Source of the DNA: Planctomycetota bacterium
GTDB taxonomy: Bacteria; Planctomycetota; SZUA-567; H5-PLA8
NCBI GenBank assembly: GCA_038227875.1
Contig: JBBRPR010000068.1
Coordinates: 1 to 42,650, forward strand
DNA length: 42,650 nucleotides
Direction of reading: 5' to 3'
Made by a program: the position numbers and the translations under genes. Within the stretch, counting starts at the first letter, position 1; each line of letters starts with the position of its first letter. Below are positions 16,575 to 26,072 of the stretch, piece by piece. The notes under the pieces were generated by a model. It was not told where the DNA came from and ran no database searches. It saw only the letters and a program-made list of their open reading frames with translations.

Positions 16575-17462
16575 CTATCCGCGCTGGACTGCGCGATGCA
16601 TCTGCTGCCGGTACGCCTTCGGGTTTAGTCCTTCCACCCGGCGAAAGCACGCGCTGAAATACTGACTGTTGCCGAAGCCCGTCTGGATGGCAATTTCCGT
16701 GAGGCTTCGCGGCGTAGTAGTCAGCAGTTTCTTGGCCAGTTCCACCCGCGCCCGCACGACGTAGTCCTTGGGCGTGAGCCCGCATTGCTGCTTGAATTGC
16801 CGATTGAGATACGACGCGCTGACGTGCAGCGCCCGAGCGACTTCATGGATCCGCGGCTGTTCGAGCGGATCGGCCGTCAATCGCCGCATCGCCTCGGCGA
16901 TCAACGGAGACACATCCCCGTCGCGGGCGGGAGTTTCGAAACAGCGGAGCACCTCTACCAGTAGTCCGGTCAGCAGTGCACGCGCCGCCGTCGTTTGCAG
17001 AGGCAAGGGACGCGGACTGCGCAGCAGCTCCAATAACGCTTCAAATCCAAAGACAACGGCCGGTGAAACGCCGCAGGTGCGGCGGGTGATGCGGCTAAAC
17101 GCCTGGCACAGCATCCGGGCTTCTGAAATCGGAAGTTCCAGAACCGTCCGGCCCCCGATTTTCCCGCTTTGGGGCAGTCGCACGTTGATCCAATAAAAGC
17201 GCGAGGGATGCAACTTCTCGCCGGCTGCTGAATGGACCAGGCCCGGCGGCGTGAGCGACATCTCCTGCCCGCGCACGCCAAAGATCGTACCGTTGCTTTC
17301 CTGCCAGTAGACGCGTCCGCGCTCGAGGTAAACAATTTCGAACGCATCGTGAACGTGCGCGTCGAGAATCATGCTCTTACGCTTGCTCTGGAATCCCGCG
17401 TAGGCCAGTTCCGGCAATCGCGGGATGCTGCCGTCGGGATAAACTTCGCGGGTTTCAGCCAT
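16575..17462 (-). CDS. AraC-family transcriptional regulator (cupin + HTH)
   Basis: HVHDAFEI cupin; SYLNRQFK...G.TP and IA..TGF.NSQYFS..FRR double HTH. Confidence 0.93.
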   Translation of the reverse strand: MAETREVYPDGSIPRLPELAYAGFQSKRKSMILDAHVHDAFEIVYLERGRVYWQESNGTIFGVRGQEMSLTPPGLVHSAAGEKLHPSRFYWINVRLPQSGKIGGRTVLELPISEARMLCQAFSRITRRTCGVSPAVVFGFEALLELLRSPRPLPLQTTAARALLTGLLVEVLRCFETPARDGDVSPLIAEAMRRLTADPLEQPRIHEVARALHVSASYLNRQFKQQCGLTPKDYVVRARVELAKKLLTTTPRSLTEIAIQTGFGNSQYFSACFRRVEGLNPKAYRQQMHRAVQRG

Positions 17463-17592
17463 GAGTGTTCACCGGTGCGGATTTATGAAATTGAGTCAGC
17501 GCAGTCTACGAAATTTCTTCTCGCTCGTCCGGTGTAAAGTCTCCATGCAACCCACGCGTTCGCATTCACGCGTGCCGCAAAAGGAGCGTTCC

Positions 17593-19641
17593 ATGATCGG
17601 TTCCACAAAAACGCAGTTCGTGTTGCTCGTCGCGGTTGCTCTCGTTCCCACCGTTTTGGTTCATGCTGGAGAGAATAGCACCCAAGTGGCCGGCTGGCTG
17701 CGCGATGGCCGGAACACCTATGCGGAAACCACTCCGCCGGTCACGTGGAAGCACGTCGACAAGACCATGCTCAACCTGGCTTGTCAGGCTAAAAAGCCAG
17801 CCGCTGGCGCGACAGGAATTCCCCTGATGCCGAATGCCGCGATTCCGGAGTGGCTCGTGTTGGGGCCAATTCCAGCGACAGACCTGAAAACGGAGTTCCC
17901 GCAAGAATTCGTCCCCAAGGAAAACGAACTGGATCCGGACGATGTCGAAAAAACGGGCGCCTTGACGTGGAAGGCGATGCCATCCGACGGCCACATCCTG
18001 AATTGCTTCGGTCCGATTTTCGACGTCGACAAGGCTCAGATTTTTTTCGTCTGTACGCATCTGTTCAGTCCCGACGCGCGAACAATCAACCTGCGGCTGC
18101 GCGGGGACTACACGGGTCCGGGATTCATGTCCAAGGTCTGGTTGAACGGAAATAGCGTGAAAGACATGAATGTGCCGCTGGCGAAGGGCTGGAACCGGTT
18201 GTTGATTAAATTCACCAAGGCTGCGCAAAAGACCTTCATGTTTCAAACCACGCTGCAGCCCGCCCGGGAAGCGGCCCACGACTACGACAATAAAAACATG
18301 CGCTGGATCAGGCCGCTACCGTTCAGTTCTTCGTCACCGATTGTCCTTGGCGACAAGGTGTTCGTCACCATCGATCCGCACTACCTGGTATGCCTGGACC
18401 GCCACGATGGAAAATTCCTCTGGATGCGGCCGAACGGCTACTACGAATCCGCCAGCGAGGACGAGAAAAATGCGCATCCCGAATTTGCGGAGATGGCGCC
18501 GCTGGCCCGGCGTCTCGACGAACTCATTGAATTGCTCTATTTCAATTCCAAGCCGGCTCCATTGGGTAAGGAATTGGCCGATCTGAAAAAGGAGATCGCC
18601 GAAGTACAAGGCAAACTAAAAGTTCTTGCACTAAAAGTTGATCCCGTCCGCTACAAAGCCACGACCGAACAGGACGGCGGCTACTCCGGAGCGACGCCGT
18701 GTTCCGACGGCAAGTTCGTGTACGTCTGGATGGCCACCGGAGTGACGGCGTGCTACGACCTGAGCGGCAACCGCAAGTGGATCCGCGTCGACAACGCCGG
18801 ATGGTATCATCACGGATACGGCTGCTCGCCGTTGCTGGCGGACGGAAAACTAATCGTCTACATGCAGCATATTCTCGGCATCGACTGCGCCACCGGCCAT
18901 CTCGACTGGACCTTCAAGCGCGATCTTAAAAATGGACTTCAGTACAATTCGCCGGCCATTGGAAAAATCGGCGCTACCTCGGTCGTGGTAGCGAACTGGG
19001 GCAATGCCGTTCTCCGTGTTTCGGATGGCAAGGTGCTATTCGAAGGTCCGTATTCCCTGGATATGACCGCACCCACTCCCGTGATGGCCGATGGTATTGC
19101 CTACTTGTTGCCGCATGCAGCGCCCATGAAGCGCCTGCAGTTCCCTAGCGACGTGTCGGGTGACAGCATCTCCGCGACGAATCTTTCGCCCATTGAGATG
19201 AACCCCATGCAATTTGCCCCGTTCCATATGGGCCGGCATTGTTACACCGCCACTCCGCTGATCTTGAACGGGCTGATGTACTGCCTTGACATCGAAGGTG
19301 ATCTGACTGTGATCGACACTCAGGCGGGAAAGGTCGTCTACCAGAAGCGACTGGATCTCGACGTTCTGTTCATGCACCTGACCTACATCCTGATGGGCGG
19401 AGATCACGTCAGCATCACCGCCGCGGGGAAGTATATTTACATTTTTGGTAATACCGGAACCGCGATCGTTTTAGAACCCGGCCGCGAATACAAAGAGGTC
19501 GCGCGCAATTACATGAAGCACTTGACCTTGATCAACGACTGGAACACGCGCTACGAATCCTTTTGCGTCGTGCCTGTTTTCGACGGCAGCGAGATGTTCC
19601 TGCGCGGCGAAGAAAATCTCTACTGTATCAGTGAAAAGTGA
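17593..19641 (+). CDS. Secreted PQQ-like (BamB-type) beta-propeller protein
   Basis: Signal peptide after an AAGGAG RBS; repeats SSPIV.GDKVFV, CLD..DGK.LW, TP.SDGK.VY; ends LYCI. Confidence 0.85.
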   Translation: MIGSTKTQFVLLVAVALVPTVLVHAGENSTQVAGWLRDGRNTYAETTPPVTWKHVDKTMLNLACQAKKPAAGATGIPLMPNAAIPEWLVLGPIPATDLKTEFPQEFVPKENELDPDDVEKTGALTWKAMPSDGHILNCFGPIFDVDKAQIFFVCTHLFSPDARTINLRLRGDYTGPGFMSKVWLNGNSVKDMNVPLAKGWNRLLIKFTKAAQKTFMFQTTLQPAREAAHDYDNKNMRWIRPLPFSSSSPIVLGDKVFVTIDPHYLVCLDRHDGKFLWMRPNGYYESASEDEKNAHPEFAEMAPLARRLDELIELLYFNSKPAPLGKELADLKKEIAEVQGKLKVLALKVDPVRYKATTEQDGGYSGATPCSDGKFVYVWMATGVTACYDLSGNRKWIRVDNAGWYHHGYGCSPLLADGKLIVYMQHILGIDCATGHLDWTFKRDLKNGLQYNSPAIGKIGATSVVVANWGNAVLRVSDGKVLFEGPYSLDMTAPTPVMADGIAYLLPHAAPMKRLQFPSDVSGDSISATNLSPIEMNPMQFAPFHMGRHCYTATPLILNGLMYCLDIEGDLTVIDTQAGKVVYQKRLDLDVLFMHLTYILMGGDHVSITAAGKYIYIFGNTGTAIVLEPGREYKEVARNYMKHLTLINDWNTRYESFCVVPVFDGSEMFLRGEENLYCISEK

Positions 19642-19742
19642 ACGTGACCGGCGCTGCTTTATGGCGCTGGCACCCTGTGGTTGCGAATTGCCCCGCTTCC
19701 AATTAGAAACTGGGGCTCATTTGAAACCATTGGAGACGCGAC

Positions 19743-20609
19743 GTGCAGTTAGACGAGAGCATTACACGCATTGCCATTCCCAGCAAAGGCCGCCTGCAGG
19801 AGCCCAGCGAGAGTCTGCTGCGCGCCGCGGGGATCAAATACCGCAAGCGCGACCGCTCGCTCTTCGCGCATGTTGATGGCCTGAAGGCCGTGATCCTCTT
19901 TGTCCGCCCGGACGACATCCCGCTGCTCGTCGCCGAAGGCGCCGCGGACATGGGCATGGTGGGCCAGGATCTGATTTACGAAAACCGCTGCACCGGCCGC
20001 GTCGAGAGTAAACTGGAACTCGGCTATGGCCACTGCCGGCTCGCCGTCGCCGCCCGGACCAACGGGCCCAAGACCGTTGCCGCGCTGAAAAACAAAAAGA
20101 TCGCCGCCTCGATGGCCTACTCCGCGAGCGAATTCTTCAAGAAGAAGAAGATCAACGTCAACCTGCTGGAAGTCACAGGCTCCGTGGAAATCATGGTGGC
20201 TCTGGGTCTCGCCGATGCCATCGTCGATCTCGTCGAATCCGGCGACACGCTCCGCGACAACGGGCTGGATGTGATCGAAGTCATTGCGCAGTCACAGGCA
20301 GTGCTGATTCAAGCCAAAAAGCCGCGCGATCCCAAACTCTGCACGCTGATTGTACGGCGCCTGCAAGGAGTGCTCACCGCGCAGCAGTACACGCTGCTGG
20401 AATACAACATCGCGCGCGCGAAGTTGAAGGAAGCCGAAGCGCTCACGCCCGGATTCGATTCGCCGACCATCAGCGACTTGGAAGACCCGAAGTGGGTCGC
20501 GGTAAAGGTGATGGTGCCGAAGAAGAAGTCGATCGAGATCATCGACAAACTCGAAGCCCTCGGCGCTTCCGCGATTCTCGAAACGCCAATTCTCAACTGC
20601 CGCCTTTAA
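19743..20609 (+). CDS. hisG: ATP phosphoribosyltransferase (long form)
   Basis: IAIPSKGRL, RPDDIP, GSVE...LGLADAIVDLVESG.TL..NGL and C-terminal regulatory domain. Confidence 0.96.
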   Translation: MQLDESITRIAIPSKGRLQEPSESLLRAAGIKYRKRDRSLFAHVDGLKAVILFVRPDDIPLLVAEGAADMGMVGQDLIYENRCTGRVESKLELGYGHCRLAVAARTNGPKTVAALKNKKIAASMAYSASEFFKKKKINVNLLEVTGSVEIMVALGLADAIVDLVESGDTLRDNGLDVIEVIAQSQAVLIQAKKPRDPKLCTLIVRRLQGVLTAQQYTLLEYNIARAKLKEAEALTPGFDSPTISDLEDPKWVAVKVMVPKKKSIEIIDKLEALGASAILETPILNCRL

Positions 20610-20616
20610 TTCGATA

Positions 20617-20636
20617 ACCGGGCGTCCCTGCCCGGT
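20617..20636. terminator. Hairpin after hisG (possible terminator or REP-like unit)
   Basis: ACCGGGC-GTCCCT-GCCCGGT; no clear U-tract. Confidence 0.4.
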
Positions 20637-20662
20637 AGTTCCTGATCGGGAGTCGCCACGAC

Positions 20663-20845
20663 ATGGTTACGCGCTCCGACGTTCTGGAAAAATTCTTCGG
20701 CCGCCGCTTCGTTTCGTGCTTGGGCTGGAGCATCCTGTTGTTCTTCGCGCTGGTCGCTGGCCTACTCGCGTATTCCTATTACAGGACGGATAAGTCGACG
20801 GGGCCGGAACAACGCAACACAACGCCACCTCCGGCCCACGGTTGA
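20663..20845 (+). CDS. Small single-pass membrane protein
   Basis: GGGAG upstream; one hydrophobic helix WSILLFFALVAGLLAYSYY. Confidence 0.5.
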   Translation: MVTRSDVLEKFFGRRFVSCLGWSILLFFALVAGLLAYSYYRTDKSTGPEQRNTTPPPAHG

Positions 20846-20921
20846 TTATCGGTTCGCAGGACCTTGTCGGAAATTTACGACAAGGTCCCCGCATTCATTT
20901 CGATTGCCCTTCCGCGTGCGT

Positions 20922-20942
20922 TTTTGAATTTTGAATTTTGAA
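20922..20942. repeat. Heptamer tandem repeat (TTTTGAA)x3
   Basis: Read directly from the sequence. Confidence 0.8.
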
Positions 20943-20949
20943 TTGTCGT

Positions 20950-21678
20950 TCACGCTTTCAACTCCCTTCCGCTGCGCACGCCACGCACCATGAACGCCGC
21001 CGTCGCAAAGTCGTAGCGCAGATCGTCCTGGCTCGCGTCGCGGTACGTACTGATCAGTGCCCAGCGGTCCTTACCGCTTGTGTTGGCGAACGACGCATGC
21101 AGCGTCAGGTCGTGAAAGAACACCGCCGTTCCCTTGCGCGCTGGCACCACGACGGCCTTGCTCTCGTCGATATCCTCAGGACGCAACCGATTGGTGAAGC
21201 CGACCCCTTCGACATCCTTCCCGCCGTGACTGACCAGCGATTTGTGAGAACCGGGAATGAATTTCAGGCAGCCGTTCTCTGGCGTGGCGTCGTCGAGTGC
21301 GATCCAGACGGAATATTTGTTCGCGCCTTTCCAATAGGTGTAATCCTGATGCCACGGCGATCCGAAATCGACGCCCGCCGACTTGTAGACAATCTTGTCG
21401 CTCCAGAATTCAATGTTCGGTCCGTAGATCTCTTCCCAGACGTTCGCGATGCGCGCGTCACCATTGAGCGCCTTGAAATACGCACTCTTGATGGTCAGCC
21501 CGACATACACGCCATTGTCGCGGCTGTCGCTTTTGGCCAGGCGTTCGGATTTGACTTCGTCGAGTACCCGGCGGACTTCTGCCTTGGCCTGGGTCATTTC
21601 GTCGGCTGAAAACAGGTCCTCGACCACCACGTAACCATTGCGCGCGAACTGGGCACCGATCTTCGTTTCGACCAGCAT
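20950..21678 (-). CDS. Phytanoyl-CoA dioxygenase (PhyH) family Fe(II)/2OG oxygenase
   Basis: PWHQD, VWIALDDA..ENGCL.FIPGSH, H..TLHAS..N.S...R; GGAGG RBS. Confidence 0.93.
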   Translation of the reverse strand: MLVETKIGAQFARNGYVVVEDLFSADEMTQAKAEVRRVLDEVKSERLAKSDSRDNGVYVGLTIKSAYFKALNGDARIANVWEEIYGPNIEFWSDKIVYKSAGVDFGSPWHQDYTYWKGANKYSVWIALDDATPENGCLKFIPGSHKSLVSHGGKDVEGVGFTNRLRPEDIDESKAVVVPARKGTAVFFHDLTLHASFANTSGKDRWALISTYRDASQDDLRYDFATAAFMVRGVRSGRELKA

Positions 21679-21713
21679 CTGAAGCATCCTCCGTAACGTT
21701 CGAGTCATCTGCG

Positions 21714-21731
21714 AGTGGGAACGTTCCCACT
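21714..21731. promoter_or_regulatory. LacI-type operator upstream of the phyH-like gene
   Basis: Perfect palindrome AGTGGGAACGTTCCCACT with a central CG. Confidence 0.85.
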
Positions 21732-21756
21732 TCGGGTTAAAAAAAAAATACTGCTG

Positions 21757-22794
21757 CTACCGTTTAAACATCTCCGTGGATCCGCGCACCCGCAACTCCC
21801 CACGAATGTCCCGGTCGATGCGATGCTGCCGATCGCCGGAGAGCACGCGGTCCAATTCCTCCACCGCCGCTTCGCCCATCTCGTAGGTCGGCTGAGCATA
21901 AGCCGTGCAGGGCGGGTCCATGTGCGACGCCGTTCCCAGGTCGTCAAATGTGGCTACGGCCACCTGGCTGCCGATGGTCAACCCCGTTGCTCGGATCTCC
22001 CGGTACGCGCTCATCGCGCCGGCTTCGTGGCTCATCAGGAACGCATCAGGTGGCGTGCGTGAAAGCGCCTCGCGCAACACCGCGTCGACTGCCGCACCGC
22101 TTCCGAATTGGGACCCGCAATGCAACTCCAGCTTTTTCGGCGACTGTCCCAAGTCCTTCCACGCCGCACGCACGCCCTCCCCGAACGGTCCGTACTCCGC
22201 CGAAAGCCAATCGAACGCCACGATGCTCCGGCAGCCGGTCTGAAAAAGATGCGTAGTCAGCGTTCGCCCAGCGTGAATGAAGTCCGTCCAGCAATGCGGG
22301 TCTTTCGGTCGCGAGACATTGCGCCAGTTGACGCCCACCCACGGAATCTCGTAGCGGTCGAGCAGTTCCAGCGTGGCTGGCGCCACGGAGCCCGTAAACA
22401 GAAATCCGCCGATGGATTTTTCCATCGCCAGGCGGCGCAGCTCAGACGGGTCGTTCAAATCCGCGAAGAAAATCTGGAGATCGTAATTGAGCCGCTGCGC
22501 GCCGCGCGCCAGTCCTTCGAGCTTCTCCGACCCGATCGCATGACTGATCACGCCGCGCGTTGCTCCGCGTGGAAAAACCGCTGCCAGCAGCCGGTTGCCG
22601 CCCTGCCGCAACGACCGCGCCGACGTATTAACGCGATAGCGAAGTGCCGAAGCCGCCGCCAGCACCTTATCGCGCGTTTTCCCGCTAGCCGCCCCATTGC
22701 CCGAAAGCACGCGCGCCGTGGTCGACTTACTGACCCCCGCCTTGCGGGCAACATCGAGAATGTTCGCGAGATTCTTCTGCTTCACCCGATCCAC
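21757..22794 (-). CDS. LacI-family transcriptional regulator
   Basis: ILDVARKAGVSKSTTARVL HTH, YRVN..ARSL hinge, TFDD and QP..EMG..A. Confidence 0.95.
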   Translation of the reverse strand: MDRVKQKNLANILDVARKAGVSKSTTARVLSGNGAASGKTRDKVLAAASALRYRVNTSARSLRQGGNRLLAAVFPRGATRGVISHAIGSEKLEGLARGAQRLNYDLQIFFADLNDPSELRRLAMEKSIGGFLFTGSVAPATLELLDRYEIPWVGVNWRNVSRPKDPHCWTDFIHAGRTLTTHLFQTGCRSIVAFDWLSAEYGPFGEGVRAAWKDLGQSPKKLELHCGSQFGSGAAVDAVLREALSRTPPDAFLMSHEAGAMSAYREIRATGLTIGSQVAVATFDDLGTASHMDPPCTAYAQPTYEMGEAAVEELDRVLSGDRQHRIDRDIRGELRVRGSTEMFKR

Positions 22795-22799
22795 TCCAA

Positions 22800-22815
22800 A
22801 GTGGGAACGTTCCCA
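22800..22815. promoter_or_regulatory. LacI-type autoregulatory operator
   Basis: AGTGGGAACGTTCCCA, identical to the 21714 site, just before the regulator start; TTGACT -35-like hexamer on the minus strand at 22838-22843. Confidence 0.85.
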
Positions 22816-22880
22816 ATATTAATCAACATCGCCTGCGAGTCAATACTTTTCCAAGAGCTCTTCACAACAAATTCGTAGCT

Positions 22881-22909
22881 GTTCTTTGCGTTTTAGTGGC
22901 TTTGCGTGA
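22881..22909. repeat. Copy of a dispersed REP-like repeat (same family as 29424-29609)
   Basis: GTTCTTTGCGTTTTAGTGGCTTTGCGTGA resembles GTTCTTTGCGACTTAGCGGCTTTGCGTGA. Confidence 0.75.
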
Positions 22910-22919
22910 ATAAAAAACC

Positions 22920-23681
22920 TCAGCCACAGGCTTGGACCAGCGCCGCGAAGATCGCCTTATGCTGCGATTCCGCCGATTGTCGCTCCGGGTGCCACTGAAC
23001 CCCGAGCAGAAACCGGTCCGGCTTTGCAAGTTCGATCGCCTCAATCACGCCATCTGGCGACCAGGCCGTGGGAATCAGCCCCTTGCCGACGCGATCCGGC
23101 TGGACTGCCTGATGATGGTAGGAATTGGTCATGATTTTTTCCGCGCCGGCGATTTTCGCAAGGAGACAGCCCTTGTTCACCCGAATTTCATGCCGGTACA
23201 CGTTGCCCGCTTCCGCCGTCCCGGTGCGCTGGCTGTCGGAGTGGAGCAGGGTGCTCGCATGTTTGGCGTCTGCCTTCCATTCCGTCTTCAAATCCTGAAC
23301 CAGCGCGCCGCCGAGAGCGATGTTGATCAACTGATGCCCGCCGCAAATCCCCAACACCGGCTTGCGCGTCTTCTCCAGAATCGCCTCCGCCAGCCACAGA
23401 TCGAACGCATGTCGTCGCGGATGCATCAGTTCATCGGCTGGCTGCGAATGTCCGCCGTAGTGCGCCGGATCATAATCAGGCCCGCCCACGAGCAGAAATC
23501 CATCGAACATCTTCAACACCGCATCGAGCATCGAACGATCCGTGTACGGCGGAATGATCACCGGCACGCCGCCGTTCTCCGCGATGGCATCGATGTATTT
23601 GAAATGACAGATCGCCTTCGCCTTCAGCGGATCGTCCATGTCCATGGTGGAGGTGTTCAGGCCGATCAGAGGACGGGGCAT
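22920..23681 (-). CDS. Gamma-glutamyl-gamma-aminobutyrate hydrolase family (peptidase C26, PuuD-like)
   Basis: RPLIG, GG.D.DP..YG, PVLGICGGHQ, NSYHHQAV, GVQWHPE. Confidence 0.93.
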   Translation of the reverse strand: MPRPLIGLNTSTMDMDDPLKAKAICHFKYIDAIAENGGVPVIIPPYTDRSMLDAVLKMFDGFLLVGGPDYDPAHYGGHSQPADELMHPRRHAFDLWLAEAILEKTRKPVLGICGGHQLINIALGGALVQDLKTEWKADAKHASTLLHSDSQRTGTAEAGNVYRHEIRVNKGCLLAKIAGAEKIMTNSYHHQAVQPDRVGKGLIPTAWSPDGVIEAIELAKPDRFLLGVQWHPERQSAESQHKAIFAALVQACG

Positions 23682-23713
23682 CCAGAATCTCCTAGCTCTA
23701 TCTCGCTATTGAA

Positions 23714-23960
23714 TCAGATTGAACTCGGCGGCACGGCCATCTTATCAATTACCGCTTTCTTGAACCACGTTGGCACGATGGCGGACTTGAGGCCAGTCAA
23801 TCGGCCATCCAAAAATTCTGCGAGCCACGTGTGGCCCTGTTGGTGCAATGAATTATCAAAAATAAATGCGCGGTCTGAATTCCGAGACCGGCTTAAGGGT
23901 ACTCTTTCCAGAGCCATTCGGACCGGCGAACATGCGCATTCGTGCGGGCAAAGCATTCAC
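23714..23960 (-). pseudogene. Internally deleted zeta-toxin-like P-loop kinase
   Basis: GTG at 23960 gives MNALPARMRMFAGPNGSGKSTLK (Walker A) and stops soon after. The family C-terminus DRAFIFDNS...WLAEF.DG...VPTWF follows in another frame. Confidence 0.75.
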
Positions 23961-24193
23961 CGAAGAGTCGACAGAGTATCTAGCGGGATGGAAATCCAAG
24001 GTTCAATGCGCTTCACAAGTCTCTGAGTGCCGTCAGGAAAGACTTCGTAGATGGCATCGCCGATTGTTTCATAAACACTCAGGCCGGCGTCAAGCGCCCG
24101 TTGCCGCGCACTATTAAACGCTTCTTCAACGAGAGTTGGAAACAAGTTTTCCAATGCCTCAATTTCTTTATCGTCGTCGTTCAAATCGGCCAT
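23957..24193 (-). CDS. Small acidic protein, probable partner/antitoxin of the zeta-like toxin
   Basis: AF..A...AL.AGLSV.....AIYEVFPDG....VK.I pattern; GTGA overlap with the downstream P-loop ORF. Confidence 0.7.
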   Translation of the reverse strand: MADLNDDDKEIEALENLFPTLVEEAFNSARQRALDAGLSVYETIGDAIYEVFPDGTQRLVKRIEPWISIPLDTLSTLR

Positions 24194-24257
24194 GAGCATA
24201 CCATCCTTTCGCTCTTATATTACGTTCCGCAACGACGGAGAGCAACGCCTACTTTCC

Positions 24258-25871
24258 TCATCCCGCATGCCGCAGCACGCGTCCCGCGCGCGTGGCCAGC
24301 ACGGTGCCTTCCTGCACCGCCAGCTTGCCGTTCACGTACACGCGGTCGATGCCCGTCGGAAAACGGTTGGCGTCCGCGAATGTTGCTTCGTCGCGGACGG
24401 TCTGCGCGTCGAAGAGCACCAGATCAGCGTACGCGCCCGGGCGGATCACGCCGCGGTTTGCGATGTGGAACGTCTCGGCCGGCAGCGAGGTCATGCGCCG
24501 GATCGCCTCTTCCAGGCTCATGATCTTTTTCTCGCGGACGTACCGTGCGAGCATCCGCGGAAAGGTGCCGAACGTGCGCGGGTGCGGCGCGGCCACCCGC
24601 GTCGGGCCGGTGATGTTCCGCGCCGTCGCGTCGCTGGCCACCATCACGAAGTCCCAGGAGAGAATCGTCTCCAGATTCTCTTCGCACATCGTCGCGAAAA
24701 TCGCCGACGTCCGCAGTTCGTCTTCGATGCAGATCCGCCGGAAGGCTTCGAACGGTGTCACGCGCCAGTCCGCGGAGATGTCGGCGATCGTCCGTCCGGC
24801 GACTTCCGAGCGCAGATGTTCGGCCGTTACACCGGCAACCTGAATTCGCGACCAGAAATCCGGCTCCGGATTCTTCGCGAGGATCTCCGCCTCCAACTTC
24901 GCGCAGATGGCGTCATCGCGCAGCCGTTTGAGCTCCTCCGCATTCCCGCCGACGTACGCCCACTGCGGCAGGATTCCGTCGAGGCCCGTCGAGCTGGCTG
25001 TGTACGGATAACGGTCGGCGAAGACGTCAAGCCCTTCGGTACGCGCGCCGAGCAGCGTCTGTTCCAGAAATTTGATCTTGTGCCAGTTGCGTTGGTGCGC
25101 CGTCTTTAAATGCGAGATCTGTGTGCGTGCGCCGCTTTCTTTGCAGACACGCAGCGTTTCACAGATCGACGCTTCCAGTTCGTCGGATTCACTGCGCATG
25201 TGGCTGGTGTAGAGCGCATTCTTTTCTGCGCAGAGCTGCGCCAGTTCCACGATCTCGTCGTGCTTGGCGTAGCAGCCCGGCGGATAGACCAGCCCCGTTG
25301 ATAAACCGAAGCAGCCGGCGTCGAGCGCATCTTCGAGCAGGTGGCGCATCAACTTCTTGCCTTCGACGCCCAGCGGATTGTCGCTGTAACCATTGACCGC
25401 CGCGCGCAACGCGCCGTGGCCTTGGAGAAATCCGCGATTGATGCTGCACTGCGTTTTTTCGAGCGTGGCGAAGTATTCGGTGGCGCTGCTCCAATTGAGC
25501 ACTGTCGGTTGCCAGCCGTATTCGTCGCGCGCTTCCTTTTCGAAGCGGGTGCGCAGGGCGCCCAGAAGAGGGAAGGGGGTAAGCCCGCAGTTGCCGGAGA
25601 TCTCCGTCGTCACGCCTTCGACGACTTTGCCGGCCGCGCTGTTATCCGCAAGCGGTTCGAGCTCGCCGTGCGCGTGAATATCCACAAACCCGGGCGCCAG
25701 AACCTTGCCCGCCGCGTTGATGCGCTGCGCGCCGTTCTTGAATCCGTCAGTGAAGTGCTCGGCGACCGCGACAATCCGGTCGCCTGCAACAGCGACCTGC
25801 GCGATGCGCGCGGACTTGCCTGTGCCGTCGATGACCGAAGCGTTTTCGAAAACCAGATCGATGGAACTCAT
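24258..25871 (-). CDS. N-acyl-D-amino-acid deacylase (amidohydrolase)
   Basis: APGFVDIHAH, GNCG, GLSTGL.Y.PG, SHMRSE, ISHLK, HPRTFGTF.R, G.IRPGAYADLV.FD. Confidence 0.94.
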   Translation of the reverse strand: MSSIDLVFENASVIDGTGKSARIAQVAVAGDRIVAVAEHFTDGFKNGAQRINAAGKVLAPGFVDIHAHGELEPLADNSAAGKVVEGVTTEISGNCGLTPFPLLGALRTRFEKEARDEYGWQPTVLNWSSATEYFATLEKTQCSINRGFLQGHGALRAAVNGYSDNPLGVEGKKLMRHLLEDALDAGCFGLSTGLVYPPGCYAKHDEIVELAQLCAEKNALYTSHMRSESDELEASICETLRVCKESGARTQISHLKTAHQRNWHKIKFLEQTLLGARTEGLDVFADRYPYTASSTGLDGILPQWAYVGGNAEELKRLRDDAICAKLEAEILAKNPEPDFWSRIQVAGVTAEHLRSEVAGRTIADISADWRVTPFEAFRRICIEDELRTSAIFATMCEENLETILSWDFVMVASDATARNITGPTRVAAPHPRTFGTFPRMLARYVREKKIMSLEEAIRRMTSLPAETFHIANRGVIRPGAYADLVLFDAQTVRDEATFADANRFPTGIDRVYVNGKLAVQEGTVLATRAGRVLRHAG

Positions 25872-26029
25872 GCGAGGCTTCCTTACGTAATTCCCCCAAA
25901 TGGGTATCGGTTTTTTGGGATTTGCTCGGTAGGGTTTTCCGGCACTGTTTTTCTGAAGTGTCGCCGTTTCGGCCGCGGTCAAATTTGCCCGCGTCATAGA
26001 CAGTGAAGTAGTACCGAAATGTTGGGTTT

Positions 26030-26059
26030 TAACCACCGCGCCAATTGGCGCGGTGGTTA
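26030..26059. terminator. 30-bp perfect palindrome downstream of rluD (probable terminator)
   Basis: TAACCACCGCGCCAATTGGCGCGGTGGTTA. Confidence 0.6.
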
Positions 26060-26072
26060 GAAGTCACCAAAA

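Noticed and set aside
22932..24026. Long antisense ORFs (also 1531-2439, 14828-15919, 29515-30600, 37662-38801, 39774-41294)
   Set aside because: Shadow ORFs opposite well-supported genes in GC-rich DNA, with no motifs.
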